Assembly (NCBI GenBank): GCA_049840735.1
Contig: JASGJN010000010.1
Location: forward strand, 34,242-98,241
Reading direction: 5' to 3'
Length of the DNA stretch: 64,000 nt
From: Anaeromyxobacter sp.
Lineage (GTDB): Bacteria > Myxococcota > Myxococcia > Myxococcales > Anaeromyxobacteraceae
Shown: positions 1 through 10,492 of the stretch, piece by piece
Layout: each line of letters opens with the position of its first letter
Numbering within the stretch: position 1 is the stretch's first letter
Notes under the pieces: generated by a model
Seen by the model: only the letters and a program-made list of their open reading frames with translations
What the model was told of the DNA's origin: nothing
Database searches by the model: none
Position numbers and translations under genes: made by a program

Positions 1-358
1 CCAGCTCGGCCCGGTGGGCGGCCAGGAAGGCCGCCGTGGCCTCCGCCCGCGGCTGGCCCTCGGCCTCGACCGGGAAGCCCATGGAGCGGGAGTCGTCCAC
101 CAGCACCGCGAACCGGTTCCGCACGCGGGCGGTCTGCATCAGCTCCACCGCCGGCTCCACCAGCAGCGCCACGGCCAGCAGGGCGGCCACGGCGCGCAGG
201 CCGAGCAGCGCCGCCTTGCGCAGCGGCCGGGCCTCGGCGGCGAGCCCTCGCAGCGCCAGCGCCGTGACCACCAGGGCCGCCAGGGCGAGCAGCGCCAGGG
301 CCCAGTGCGGGAGCGGGGAGAGGGCGGTGAGCCGCCAGGCGTTGTAGCTGCCCTCCAC
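1..358 (-). CDS. 5' part of a membrane-anchored vWA-like protein (DUF4159-associated cluster), running off the window edge
   Basis: GTG at 358, directly after the stop of the DUF4159 gene; my translation gives MEGSYNAWRLTALSPLPHWALALL...EPAVEL...RFAVLVDDSRSMG (two hydrophobic helices, then a DxSxS MIDAS-like motif). Confidence 0.6.
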   Translation of the reverse strand, partial: MEGSYNAWRLTALSPLPHWALALLALAALVVTALALRGLAAEARPLRKAALLGLRAVAALLAVALLVEPAVELMQTARVRNRFAVLVDDSRSMGFPVEAEGQPRAEATAAFLAAHRAEL

Positions 359-359
359 G

Positions 360-1130
360 CTAGCTCCGGCGCCGCAGGATGAACGGCAGGTGCACCGCGT
401 CGTCCTTGTAGTCGGTGCAGAGGGCGTACATGGCCAGGTTCACGCCCACGCGGAAGGCGGCCTCGCGCTGCGCCTCGCCGCCGGGCGTGCACGGGTACTC
501 CCAGTCGCCCAGCTCGCTGCGGGCCCAGGCGCCGCCCAGGTCGTTCTGCGAGTAGACGACGGCCAGCCGCCCGTCCAGCGCCTGCGCCTCGAGCCAGGGC
601 TTCACCATCACCCGCCCGCCCAGCCGGTCGAGCAGGTAGAAGGTCTTGAAGAGGACGTGATCGCGGGCCACCGGCGCGAGCGGCGCGGCCGGCAGGATCG
701 CCGCCAGCTCGCGCCGGACCGAGGCGTCGAAGCCGGAGCCGTCGGAGCCGTCGGCGGCGTCCACCAGGAGCATGCCGCCGTACTGCAGGTGGCGGCGCAG
801 GGCGGCCCGCTCCGGCTCGGAGAAGGGCGGCAGCGCGCCGGCGCCGGCCAGGTAGAGCAGCGGGTGCTGGTGGAGCCCCGGCCGATCGAGCCGGACCGGC
901 ACCGCGCCGGGCGCGGGCTCGATGGAGGTGCGCCGCGCCAGCTCCCAGCCCAGCCGCCGCAGCGCGCTGGGGCGGGGGTTCCAGTTGCCGCCGTGCTGCA
1001 CCTGCCCGATCTCGAGCATGGACGGCACCGGCATCGCGCCGCCGCGCCGCGGGACGGCGGCGGCGGCGAGGGCGAGCGCGGCGCCGCGGAGGAAGGCGCG
1101 GCGCGGGAAGGGACGGGGACCTGGGGGCAT
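360..1130 (-). CDS. DUF4159 domain protein with Tat-like N-terminus
   Basis: RRAFLRGAALAL signal; LRRHLQYGGMLLVD, VVYSQNDLGGAW and GVNLAMYALCTDYKDD match my recollection of DUF4159. Confidence 0.75.
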   Translation of the reverse strand: MPPGPRPFPRRAFLRGAALALAAAAVPRRGGAMPVPSMLEIGQVQHGGNWNPRPSALRRLGWELARRTSIEPAPGAVPVRLDRPGLHQHPLLYLAGAGALPPFSEPERAALRRHLQYGGMLLVDAADGSDGSGFDASVRRELAAILPAAPLAPVARDHVLFKTFYLLDRLGGRVMVKPWLEAQALDGRLAVVYSQNDLGGAWARSELGDWEYPCTPGGEAQREAAFRVGVNLAMYALCTDYKDDAVHLPFILRRRS

Positions 1131-1261
1131 CGCGGGTGCCGGCCAGGCGGCGCGACGGCGCCTCCCCGGCCAGGATCCTCAGTCTAGGGCCAACCGCGCC
1201 GGCGCGCCCGGAGAATCCGGCACCGGCGTCGGCCGCCCCGGCCGTGCTAGAGTCCGCGCCC

Positions 1262-1513
1262 ATGTCACGGAAGGAGAGGGCGAAGGCGGCGCGCCTGGAC
1301 CGGCTCGAGGCCCTGCTGGCAGAGGGGGCCCACCGGGCGGCGGGCGAGGCGGCGCGGGCGGTGCTGGCCGACCAGGGCGCAAGCGACGAGGAGCGCGCGG
1401 GGGCCGCGCGGGTGCGCCGCTCGCTGCGCCCGGAGCCGGGCGCGGTGCTGGCGGGCGCGCTGGCGGCGGCCCTGGCGGTGGTGGTGGCCCTCTGGACCGT
1501 GCTGCGGGGCTGA
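1262..1513 (+). CDS. small hypothetical membrane protein
   Basis: ATG 1262 (MSRKERAKAARL...), C-terminal hydrophobic helix, abuts next gene. Confidence 0.6.
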   Translation: MSRKERAKAARLDRLEALLAEGAHRAAGEAARAVLADQGASDEERAGAARVRRSLRPEPGAVLAGALAAALAVVVALWTVLRG

Positions 1514-1514
1514 C

Positions 1515-2186
1515 GTGAGCGGCGTGATGGCGACCGCGGCGAACGTGCTGGAGCCCCGCCTGGTGGAGGCGCTGGGGGGGCTGGCGCGGCTCGCGCTGGA
1601 GCTCCGCCGCGCCGGTCCGGCCCTGGGCATCCCGGTGGCGCTGGTCGGCCTGGTGGCGGCGGTGGCCGGCGAGCGGCTGGGCCGCGTCACGGCCGCGGCC
1701 GGGGGCGCGCTGGTGGGCGCCCTGGCGGCGCAGGCGGCCGGCGGCTGGCTGGACGCGCAGACCGGGCTGGGGGCGGGCGTGGTCGCGCTGGCGGCGGCCG
1801 GCCTGCTGGGCGCCGCGTGCGCCTTCTGGCCCATGGGCTTCCCGGTGGCGGCCGGCGGCCTGGTGGGCGCGCTGCTGGGGATCCACGTCCCGGTGGGCGG
1901 CCACGACTGGCTGGGCGCGGTCATCGCCGGCGCGGTGGGGGCCGGGCTCTGCCTGGTGGGCGCCCGCTCCGTGGGCGTGTTCCTGGCCGCGTTCGCCGGC
2001 GGGGTGGCCCTGGCCGCGGGGCTGTTGGCCACCTTCGGCGGCGGCGGGCTGGGGGCCGAGCTGGCCGCCCGGCCCTTCGCCCTGCTGGGCTTCGGGCTGG
2101 TGGTGGGGATCGCCGGGGCGTCCTACCAGCTGTCGCGCGCGCCGGCCCAGGGCGGCAAGCCCGGCCCGCCCGCGCTGGAGACCTGA
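1515..2186 (+). CDS. polytopic membrane protein (DUF4203/TMEM198-like)
   Basis: about six Gly/Ala/Leu-rich hydrophobic segments; coupled to the upstream ORF. Confidence 0.65.
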   Translation: MSGVMATAANVLEPRLVEALGGLARLALELRRAGPALGIPVALVGLVAAVAGERLGRVTAAAGGALVGALAAQAAGGWLDAQTGLGAGVVALAAAGLLGAACAFWPMGFPVAAGGLVGALLGIHVPVGGHDWLGAVIAGAVGAGLCLVGARSVGVFLAAFAGGVALAAGLLATFGGGGLGAELAARPFALLGFGLVVGIAGASYQLSRAPAQGGKPGPPALET

Positions 2187-2192
2187 GGCGCG

Positions 2193-3164
2193 CTACTCCG
2201 GCGGGCCCAGCAGCTCGAAGTCCGGGATCTCGGCCCGCAGGTAGTCCCGCAGCCGGGCGGTCAGCTTGGCCTCGATCTGGCGGGCGCGCTCGCGCGTGAG
2301 CTTGAAGCGGTCGCCGATCTCCTGCAGCGTCAGGGGCGCGGTCCCCTCCGGCGGCAGCAGGCGGTGCTGGAAGATGTACCGCTCCTTCTCGTCGGTGACG
2401 CCCTCCGCGAACTCCTCCAGCTTCTCGCGGAAGATCCGGCGCAGCTCCTCGTCGCCGAGCTGCGTGTCGGCGCCGGGCTCGCCGGTGTCGCCCATGCGGT
2501 CCAGCCGCGTCTGGCGCGTGTCCTCGCCGTCGGGGCCCACCGGCGCGTCGAGCGAGAGGTCGTCGGCGGCCATGCGCGCCGCCATCTCCTCGACGTCCTT
2601 CTCCTCCACGTCGAGGTTCCTGGCCAGCAGCCGCGGCGTGGGCTCGATGCCGCGCGCCAGCAGCTTCTCGCGCTCCTTGGCCAGGTTGAAGAAGAGCTTG
2701 CGCTGGGCCTGGGTGGTCCCCAGCTTCACCATCCGCCAGTTCTCCATGATGAAGCGGATGATGTACGCGCGGATCCACCAGGCCGCGTAGGACGAGAGCT
2801 TCACGCCCTTCCACGGGTCGTACTTCTTGACCGCCTGCATGAGCCCCATGTTCCCCTCCTGGATCAGGTCCAGGAGCTGGAACGCGGTGCGCCGGTACTC
2901 GTGGGCGATCTTCACCACCAGTCGCAGGTTGGCGGCCACCAGCCGGTAGGCGGCGTCCACCTCACCGGTCTCCCGGTAGCGGACCGCCAGCGCGTGCTCC
3001 TCCTCGCGCGAGAGGACCGGGTGCCGCTGCACCTCGGCCATGTAGGCGCGCAGCGGGTCGTAGCGGACGAGGCCGCCGCCACCGTCCTGCGACCCGCGCT
3101 CCGGCAGGGCCGGGAGGGCACGGCCCGTCTCCGGGCTCTCGTCGTCGTGCGTCTCGTCCGTCAT
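2193..3164 (-). CDS. rpoH: RNA polymerase sigma-32 (RpoH) family factor
   Basis: NLRLVVKIA, DLIQEGNMGLM, SYAAWWIRAYI, RpoH box TTQAQRKLFFNL, region 4 TLQEIG..LTRERARQIE; start taken at MTDETHDD. Confidence 0.9.
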   Translation of the reverse strand: MTDETHDDESPETGRALPALPERGSQDGGGGLVRYDPLRAYMAEVQRHPVLSREEEHALAVRYRETGEVDAAYRLVAANLRLVVKIAHEYRRTAFQLLDLIQEGNMGLMQAVKKYDPWKGVKLSSYAAWWIRAYIIRFIMENWRMVKLGTTQAQRKLFFNLAKEREKLLARGIEPTPRLLARNLDVEEKDVEEMAARMAADDLSLDAPVGPDGEDTRQTRLDRMGDTGEPGADTQLGDEELRRIFREKLEEFAEGVTDEKERYIFQHRLLPPEGTAPLTLQEIGDRFKLTRERARQIEAKLTARLRDYLRAEIPDFELLGPPE

Positions 3165-3422
3165 GGCCAGGAACCGGCGGCGGACCGGGGGGGGCCCCCC
3201 GGGGGGCCGAATGTGGCGGCCGCGCCGGATCGTTGTGATATAGGTGCTTGGCCTCGCGCGCAAGGCGCGAGTCGACACGCCGGCGCATGGCGGTTTTCGC
3301 GGAACGGCGCGGACTTCGGTTCCCCCCAGTGTGAAGCCGAGGCCCACGCGGTTTCAGTGCGAGAGCCCGCCATGCGCCGCCTAGAGCGCCTCCCCGAGCG
3401 GGAGGCCACGAGGTGGTACAGC

Positions 3423-5327
3423 ATGGAAGAGGTCCAGGACGGGGCGCCCGCCGCGGCGCCCTCGGATTACATCTCCGAAGCATCCTTCGACGAGCTCGGG
3501 CTCTCCGAGCCGGTCCGCCGCGCGGTCGCGGAGCGCGGCTACGTCAAGCCCACGCCGGTCCAGAGCGCGACCTTCCGTCCCATCCGCGACGGCAAGGACG
3601 TGATCGTCCGGAGCAAGACCGGCACCGGCAAGACCGCCGCCTTCGCCATCCCCATCCTGGAGCGGATCCCGGACGGCCGGCGCAAGCCGTCGGCGCTGGT
3701 GATGTGCCCCACCCGCGAGCTGGCCCTGCAGGTGGCGGACGAGTTCAACGCGCTGGCCAAGCACCGCGACCTGACGGTCGTGGCGGTGTACGGCGGCGCG
3801 TCCATGGGCGAGCAGCTCGACAAGCTGCAGGCCGGCGCCGAGATCATCGTCGGCACGCCGGGCCGCATCTACGACCACATCCGCCGCAAGACGCTCCGGC
3901 TCGACGACGCCGTCGCGTGCTGCCTCGACGAGGCGGACGAGATGCTCAACATGGGCTTCTTCGAGGAGGTCACGCGGATCCTCGACCACCTGCCGGACGA
4001 CGCGCAGCAGCTGCTCTTCTCCGCCACCGTCCCGGCCGACATCGAGCAGATCATCCGCGACTACCTGACCGAGCCGGAGACCATCCTGCTCTCGGGCGAC
4101 GAGTACTCGGTCGAGAACATCACCAACGTGATGTACCCGACGGTCGACGCCTACCCGAAGCCGCGCAACCTCCTCTACATGATCGAGATCGAGGAGCCGG
4201 AGACGGCCATCGTCTTCTGCAACACCCGCAACGACACCAGCCTGGTGGCGGCGGTGCTGAACCGGAACGGCTACGACGCCGAGCTCCTCAACGGCGACCT
4301 GCCGCAGAAGGAGCGCGAGCGGGTGATGGCCAAGGTGAAGCGCGGCGAGGTCCGCTTCATGGTGGCGACCGACATCGCCGCCCGCGGCATCGACATCTCC
4401 GACCTCTCCCACGTCATCAACTACTCGCTGCCGGAGGACCCCGCCGTCTTCCTGCACCGCGTGGGCCGCACCGGCCGCATCGGCAAGAAGGGCACCAGCC
4501 TCTCGCTGGTCTCCGGCGCCGACATCCACACGCTCACCGCGCTGCAGAAGAAGTTCGGGATCGACTTCCAGCAGAAGGCGCTGCCCACGCCGGACGAGGC
4601 CCGCCGCATCTGGACCGAGCGCCACGTGGGTGAGCTGAAGGACGCCATGAGCGCGTCCATCTTCGAGGCCTTCATCCCGCTGGCCCAGGAGCTGAAGCAC
4701 CGGCCGGACGGCGAGTTCCTGATCGCCTTCGCGCTCAAGTCCTTCTTCACCCACCACCGCATGGAGCGGGCGCAGGACCGGGAGAAGGCCGAGCACAAGC
4801 GGACCGAGCACGAGCGCCGCGCGCGCCCGGACGCGCCGCGCGCGCGCGACGGCGAGGAGGGGCGCGGCCGGCGGGATCGCGACGGCCGCGAGGGTCGGCG
4901 GGATCGCGACGGCCGGCGCGAGCGCGGCGGGCGCGACCGGGATCGCGGCGGGCGCGGGGAGCGCGGGGAGCGCAGCGAGCGGACGGCGGAGGCCGCCGTC
5001 GAGGCGCCGACCACCCCGTCCGTCGAGGTGGCGGCCGGGGAGGTGCCTGCTTCCCAGGCAGCCGAGGCGGCGCCCCAGCGGCCGCCTCGCGCCAAGATCT
5101 TCCTGACCCTGGGCGAGGCGGACGGGGCCGACGAGGCCAAGGTCCGCGAGGCGCTCCAGGCGCTGGTCCCCGGCCTCGAGCCGGTGGCGGTCGAGCTGCG
5201 GCGCGCCCACAGCTTCATCGAGGTGAAGCCGGAGCAGCTGGACGAGACCGTCGCCGCGCTGAACGGCAAGGAGTTTGGCGGCAAGCAGCTCTCCGCGGAG
5301 AAGGCCCGCCGTCCGCGGCGGCGCTGA
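3423..5327 (+). CDS. DEAD-box ATP-dependent RNA helicase with C-terminal DbpA-like RNA-binding domain
   Basis: KTGTGKT, PTRELA, TPGR, DEAD, SAT, ARGID, HRVGRTGR; Arg/Gly/Asp-rich linker; start taken at MEEVQDG. Confidence 0.95.
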   Translation: MEEVQDGAPAAAPSDYISEASFDELGLSEPVRRAVAERGYVKPTPVQSATFRPIRDGKDVIVRSKTGTGKTAAFAIPILERIPDGRRKPSALVMCPTRELALQVADEFNALAKHRDLTVVAVYGGASMGEQLDKLQAGAEIIVGTPGRIYDHIRRKTLRLDDAVACCLDEADEMLNMGFFEEVTRILDHLPDDAQQLLFSATVPADIEQIIRDYLTEPETILLSGDEYSVENITNVMYPTVDAYPKPRNLLYMIEIEEPETAIVFCNTRNDTSLVAAVLNRNGYDAELLNGDLPQKERERVMAKVKRGEVRFMVATDIAARGIDISDLSHVINYSLPEDPAVFLHRVGRTGRIGKKGTSLSLVSGADIHTLTALQKKFGIDFQQKALPTPDEARRIWTERHVGELKDAMSASIFEAFIPLAQELKHRPDGEFLIAFALKSFFTHHRMERAQDREKAEHKRTEHERRARPDAPRARDGEEGRGRRDRDGREGRRDRDGRRERGGRDRDRGGRGERGERSERTAEAAVEAPTTPSVEVAAGEVPASQAAEAAPQRPPRAKIFLTLGEADGADEAKVREALQALVPGLEPVAVELRRAHSFIEVKPEQLDETVAALNGKEFGGKQLSAEKARRPRRR

Positions 5328-5442
5328 GCCGACGCCCCGGGACGGGGCCGCCGCTGGCGCGGCTCCGTCCACCCTCCGTTTATCGCCCGGGGGCTCCACC
5401 CGACCTCACCGCGTGGGGTAGAGTGGGCCTTCCGGGGGATGG

Positions 5443-7506
5443 ATGGCCCTTTCGACGACGCCCGAGCTCCTGCGTGAGCTCGCGACCCTCTACCGCAGGA
5501 TCGCCGAGCTCGAGGATGCCGGGGGACTCCGTCCTGGCGAGGGGGCGCCCTCCGAGCTCCGGCGCGACGCCCAGGGCCTGGCGGCCGGCCTGCACGCCCC
5601 GGTCGCCGCCCTGTCGAGCGACGTCATCGGCGTGCTGTCGCCCGCCGGCGACCTGCTCTTCGTCAGCGACGCGGTCGAGGCGGTCTTCGGGTACCGCTCG
5701 GACGAGCTGGTCGGGCGCAACGCCTGGTCGTTCGTCCACGAGGAGGACCTCGCCACCATGGCCAGCGCGCGCTCGGCGCCGCTCGACGACGGCCTGCCGG
5801 TCGAGGTGCGGGTCAAGTGCGCCAGCGGCGACCTGCGCCGGGTCGAGTTCTCCGCCCGCGCCTGGCCGGCCGAGGCGCCCCGCTACATCGTGGCGCGCTG
5901 GCGGGTCCCCGCCGGAGAGGCTGCCGCGCCCGCCGGGCTGGACGCCCAGCGGCTGGCGGACGAGCTGCGCCGGGCCGCGGCCCTGGCCCGCATCAGCCAG
6001 CTGGCGCTGGGGCTGCCGCAGCTCTCCGACGTGCTGGACGCGGCGGTGGCGCTGGCGCCCCCGGCGCTGGGGCTGCCGCTGGGCGCGTACCTGGAGCCGG
6101 GCGTGGGCGGCTTCCGCGTCCGGGCCGAGACCGGCTTCCCGGCCGGCATCCGGGAGCGGCCGGTCCCGCTGGTGATGACCGCGGCCGGGCTGGTGCAGGC
6201 GGGCGGGGCGCCGGTGCGGGTGCTGGAGCTGTCGCGCGACAGCCGGCTGGCGGACCCGCTGCTCGAGTCGGCGGGCGCCTCCTGCGCGGTGGCGGTGCCG
6301 GTCCGCGGCAAGGAGCGCGCGCACGGCGTGCTGCTGGCGGCGGGGCGGCGCGCGCGCCACTTCGAGCCGGAGGAGGTCCACTTCATGGAGACGGTGGCCA
6401 ACGTGCTGGCCACCGCGCTGGATGCCCGCGCCGCCCAGGACGCGCTGCGGGCGCGCGAGCGGCTGGCGCGCGCGGTCTTCGACCAGGCCCGCGACGGCAT
6501 GGCCATCGTGGACGGGGAGGGGCGCTGCCTGGAGGTGAACGCCGCGGCGGAGCGCGTGCTGGGCGCGTCCTTCGAGGCGCTGCGCGGCCGCCGCCCGGCG
6601 GAGGTGGCGGGCGTGGGCGTGGACCTGCGGCCGCACGCGGCCCGACGCCAGGGCGACGCGGGGGTGACCGCGGCCGTGGGCGCGCGCATGGTCGAGGCGG
6701 AGATCGTGCCGGACATCGTGCCGGGGCTGTCGCTGGCGGTGGTGCGGGACGTCACCGAGCGCGAGGAGATGGTGAACCGCCTGTCGCTGGCCGACCGGCT
6801 CATCTCGGTGGGCACGCTGGCGGCGGGGGTGGCGCACGAGCTCAACACCCCGCTGGCCTACGTGACCTCGAACCTGCACTACCTCTCGGACGCGATGCAG
6901 GAGGCGAAGCAGCTCTCCGGGCAGGACGCGGAGGAGGCGCTGCGCGAGTCGGTCGAGGGCGTGGCGCGCCTGCGGACCATCCTGGACGACCTGCGCAGCT
7001 TCGTGCGGACGCCGCGCAACGACGTGGGGCCGGCCGAGGTGGAGGCGGTGCTGCGGTCGGCCATCGCCATGACCTGGAGCGACGTGCGCCACCGCGCCAG
7101 GCTGGAGCGCGACGTGGAGCCGGTGCCGCCGGTGGTCGGCAACCCCTCGCGCCTGGTGCAGGTGTTCGTGAACCTGCTCCTGAACGCGGCCCAGGCCATC
7201 CCGGAGGCGGAGCGGGAGCGCCACCAGATCCGCGTCGCGGCGCGGCTGGCGGGGGAGGGGCGGGTGGCGGTCGAGGTGTCGGACACCGGCTGCGGCATCG
7301 AGGCGGTGATCCTGCCGCACATCTTCGAGCCGTTCTTCACCACCAAGCCGCCCAACGTCGGGACCGGGCTGGGGCTCTCGATCTGCCGCGCCATCGTCCA
7401 CGGCCTGGGCGGCAGCATCGAGGTGGCGAGCCAGCCCGGGCGCGGCAGCACCTTCCGCGTGCTGCTGCCGGTGGCGGCGGGGCCGGCCTCCGCGCCCGAG
7501 GCGTAG
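5443..7506 (+). CDS. PAS-GAF-PAS sensor histidine kinase
   Basis: H-box AAGVAHELNTPL, N-box QVFVNLLLNA, DTGCGI, FEPFFTTK, GTGLGL. Confidence 0.92.
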   Translation: MALSTTPELLRELATLYRRIAELEDAGGLRPGEGAPSELRRDAQGLAAGLHAPVAALSSDVIGVLSPAGDLLFVSDAVEAVFGYRSDELVGRNAWSFVHEEDLATMASARSAPLDDGLPVEVRVKCASGDLRRVEFSARAWPAEAPRYIVARWRVPAGEAAAPAGLDAQRLADELRRAAALARISQLALGLPQLSDVLDAAVALAPPALGLPLGAYLEPGVGGFRVRAETGFPAGIRERPVPLVMTAAGLVQAGGAPVRVLELSRDSRLADPLLESAGASCAVAVPVRGKERAHGVLLAAGRRARHFEPEEVHFMETVANVLATALDARAAQDALRARERLARAVFDQARDGMAIVDGEGRCLEVNAAAERVLGASFEALRGRRPAEVAGVGVDLRPHAARRQGDAGVTAAVGARMVEAEIVPDIVPGLSLAVVRDVTEREEMVNRLSLADRLISVGTLAAGVAHELNTPLAYVTSNLHYLSDAMQEAKQLSGQDAEEALRESVEGVARLRTILDDLRSFVRTPRNDVGPAEVEAVLRSAIAMTWSDVRHRARLERDVEPVPPVVGNPSRLVQVFVNLLLNAAQAIPEAERERHQIRVAARLAGEGRVAVEVSDTGCGIEAVILPHIFEPFFTTKPPNVGTGLGLSICRAIVHGLGGSIEVASQPGRGSTFRVLLPVAAGPASAPEA

Positions 7507-7542
7507 CAGGCGCCGTCTGTCGAGGGACGGGCCATCCCGGAC

Positions 7543-7593
7543 CCGGTCAGCCTGAGCGTAGCCCCGCCGGTAGGCGGGGCGGAGTCGAAGGCC
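7543..7593. repeat. single REP-like element (CCTGAGC-GTAG-hairpin-CGGAGTCGAAGG)
   Basis: same conserved flanks as the 37.5 and 39.3 kb clusters; hairpin CCCCGCC-GGTA-GGCGGGG; lies between convergent genes. Confidence 0.85.
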
Positions 7594-7629
7594 GGCGCTG
7601 GCCGGCGCTCCCCTCGGCTTGGGCCCCGC

Positions 7630-8928
7630 TCAGTTCAGCGCCAGCGGCTCCGCCAGCTGGGCCTGCAGCGGCGCGATCTTCTCCTTGAAGTCGGGCATCC
7701 AGGCTTCGGGGAGGGGCGCGTCGCGCGGGATCTTGAGCTGCAGCGGGTTCACGTAGGCGCCGCCCTGCTTCACCGCGTAGTGGAGGTGGGGGCCGGTGGA
7801 GAGGCCGGTGTTGCCGGTGTAGCCGATCACCTGCTTCTGCGAGACCGCGCGGCCGGCCGAGACGGCCACGCCGGAGAGGTGGCAGTAGACGGACTCGAAG
7901 CCGTTGCGGTGGCGCAGGATGACCGACTTCCCGCAGCCGCCGTTCCAGCCCGCCTGCTTGACCATGCCGTCGCCCACCGCCCAGACCGGCGTGCCGATGG
8001 GCGCGCCGTAGTCCACGCCCTGGTGCGCCCGCTGGTAGCCGAGCAGCGGGTGGTTGCGGTTGCCGAAGCCGGAGGTGATGCGGGCGAACTTGAGCGGCGA
8101 CTTGAGGAAGCCGCGGCGCGCCGAGGTGCCCTGGTCGTCGAAGTAGCTCACCTGCCCGGTGGGATCGGCGTAGCGGAAGAGCCGCTTTCGGCCGGTCGCG
8201 CTCCCCTCGTACTCGGCGGCCAGCACCTCGCCGTAGCGGAGCAGCCTGCCGTCGGCGAACACCTTCTCCACCACGATGCGCATGGCGTCGCCGGCGCGGA
8301 CGTCCAGGTAGAAGTCCACGTCCCAGGCCAGCACGTCGGAGGCCAGCACGGCCAGCTCCGGATCCTCGCCCGCCCGCTCCAGCGAGGCCCACAGCGAGCC
8401 CTCGATCCTCACGGCCACGCGCTCGGTGGTGGTGGTGAGGACCACCGGGCGCTTGGTGCCCTGCAGGGACCCGTCGGGCTGCCGCTCGACGATCCACTCG
8501 TCGGCCGGCCCCTGCCGGTAGGAGAAGCGGTGCAGCTCGCCGTCGGCGTCGCGCCGCTCGATGCGGAGCTGGTCGCCCGCGCGGGCGCGGTTGAAGGGGA
8601 AGAGGCCGGTGAGCGCGCGGACCACGCCGTTGACGCGGTCCATGGGCAGGTCGAGCTTCACCAGCGCCTGCGCCAGCGTCTGGTTGCGCCCCAGCCGGAC
8701 CGTGACGGCGCTGAAGCGCTCGGGCGGCGGGGCGGCCGCGATCACCGCCTCGGGCACCGGCGGCTGCGGCGCGGCCGCGACGGCGGGCGGCGCCTCGGGC
8801 ACGGTGCGCAGCCGGCCGGCGGCGCCGGCCAGCGCGATCGCCAGGAGCGAGAGGAATCCGAGGCCGGCCAGCAGGGCGGGCAGGCGGCGGCGGGAGGGCA
8901 GGTCGTCGGGGCGGTGCTCGCGCATCAA
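7630..8928 (-). CDS. M23 family peptidoglycan DD-metalloendopeptidase (MepM-like)
   Basis: HQGVD (HxxxD), YCHLS, STGPHLHY (HxH); N-terminal membrane anchor. Confidence 0.92.
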   Translation of the reverse strand: MMREHRPDDLPSRRRLPALLAGLGFLSLLAIALAGAAGRLRTVPEAPPAVAAAPQPPVPEAVIAAAPPPERFSAVTVRLGRNQTLAQALVKLDLPMDRVNGVVRALTGLFPFNRARAGDQLRIERRDADGELHRFSYRQGPADEWIVERQPDGSLQGTKRPVVLTTTTERVAVRIEGSLWASLERAGEDPELAVLASDVLAWDVDFYLDVRAGDAMRIVVEKVFADGRLLRYGEVLAAEYEGSATGRKRLFRYADPTGQVSYFDDQGTSARRGFLKSPLKFARITSGFGNRNHPLLGYQRAHQGVDYGAPIGTPVWAVGDGMVKQAGWNGGCGKSVILRHRNGFESVYCHLSGVAVSAGRAVSQKQVIGYTGNTGLSTGPHLHYAVKQGGAYVNPLQLKIPRDAPLPEAWMPDFKEKIAPLQAQLAEPLALN

Positions 8929-8987
8929 GGACCGAATGTACCAAACTCCGGGGACGCTTCTCTACCTGCCTGCCGCCCCACCTCCAC

Positions 8988-10485
8988 CTACAGGTCGGCG
9001 CGCCGCTCGGAGTGCTCCCGCCCGTCGAAGCGGAACAGGGTGCCGCGCCCCTCCACCTTGGAGTGCAGGTTCACCGGCCGCCGCCACATCGACTGCACGT
9101 TCCGCAGCGTGTCGCGCGCGTAGTCGAGCTTGAGGTCGACGCCGTCGTGCTTGTGCACCAGGTAGAGCTCGCCGCGGTTCTCGAAGTTCCCGTCCTCCAC
9201 CGCGATGGTGGGCTGCCCGAAGTTGGTGAGCATGTGGAGGAGCTTCTCCTTCACCTTCTTGAACTCGCGCTCCACGATCTCCCAGCGCTGGTGCTTCTCG
9301 TTGTAGCCGAAGGTGAAGAGCTTCTGCTGCACCGAGAACTCGAGGGTGAGGAACTCGTCGATGAAGGTCACGTCGTTGTAGTGCTTGCGGACCTCGAAGA
9401 TCTTCTCGCGCCCCAGCCCCAGCCGCTTGTCCCACTGCTGGCGCTGCACGAACGAGTCGCACTCGTCGTACTCCTTGCCGAAGCGCCCCTTGTTCCAGCG
9501 GTCCTCGATGTCGCGCCACAGCTCCACCCCCAGCTTGTAGGGGTTGAGCTGGCCGGGGTGCGTGGCGAGCGTGCCGGAGTGGTGGTCGGCGTAGTCGATG
9601 ATCTCCGACGCCTCCAGCGCCTTCTCGGTCATGATTCTGGAGTGCCAGTAGGTGGCCCACCCCTCGTTCATGATCTCTGGTCTGCCCCTGCGGCGCGAAG
9701 TAGTAGGCCTCCTCGCGCGCGATGGAGAGCACGTCGTGCTCCCACCGCTCCAGCGGCGCGTGCTCGAGCAGGAACAGCAGCACGTCGCGCTCGGGCCGCT
9801 CCGGGAACTTCTTCTTGCGGGCCGCCTCCTCGTCCAGCTTGCGCTGCTGGGCCTCCATGAAGTCGCGCGGGTTGATGTACTCGCGCATGTACTCGCGGTC
9901 GCTCTTGAAGCCGCGGGCCACCTGGCGCTCCTCGCCCTCGCCGGGGGTGGGCCGGTCCGGGCGCCGCTTCACGTAGGGTGACTGGTAGTCGATCAGGTTC
10001 TCCAGCGACAGGCAGCGGTCGATGAAGTCCTCGACCGGCTCGACGCCCAGCTTGTCCTGGTAGCGGCGGACCCGGGTGGCGTGGTTCGCCATCTGGTCCA
10101 TCATCTTCCGGTTGGTGTGCCGGAACATGAAGTTGTTCTTGAAGAAGTCCACGTGCCCGAAGACGTGGGCCATGACCAGCTTCTGGTCCACGTCCATGTT
10201 GGACTCGAGCAGGTAGGCGTAGGAGGGGTCGTTGTTTATGACCATCTCGTAGATCTTCGAGAGGCCATACTCGTACCCCTTGCTGAGCCGCTCGTACTCC
10301 ATCCCGAACCGCCAGTGCGGGTAGCGGTTGGGGAAGCCGCCGTAGGCGGCCACCATGTTGATCTCGTCGAACCCCAGCACCTCGAAGATGGTGTCGAAGA
10401 AGTCGAGGCCGTAGGCGCGCGCGTAGCCCTCGATCCGGTTGCGGATGTCGTGGAGGCGCGGCGGGAGGTGGGTGTGCTTGTCCAT
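8988..10485 (-). CDS. spoVR: SpoVR/YcgB family protein, split by a +1 frameshift near 9677 (probable sequencing error)
   Basis: [33 protein letters not shown] in one frame and [17 protein letters not shown] in the next; removing one base restores PQGQTKIMNEGWA. Confidence 0.88.
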
Positions 10486-10492
10486 GGCGCCC

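Noticed and set aside
2364..3422. N-terminal extension of the helicase ORF, and similar extensions on yeaH, gcvPB, gcvH, purM, accD and the phosphoesterase
   Set aside because: The extensions overlap neighbouring genes; homology-like sequence begins at the downstream starts used here.
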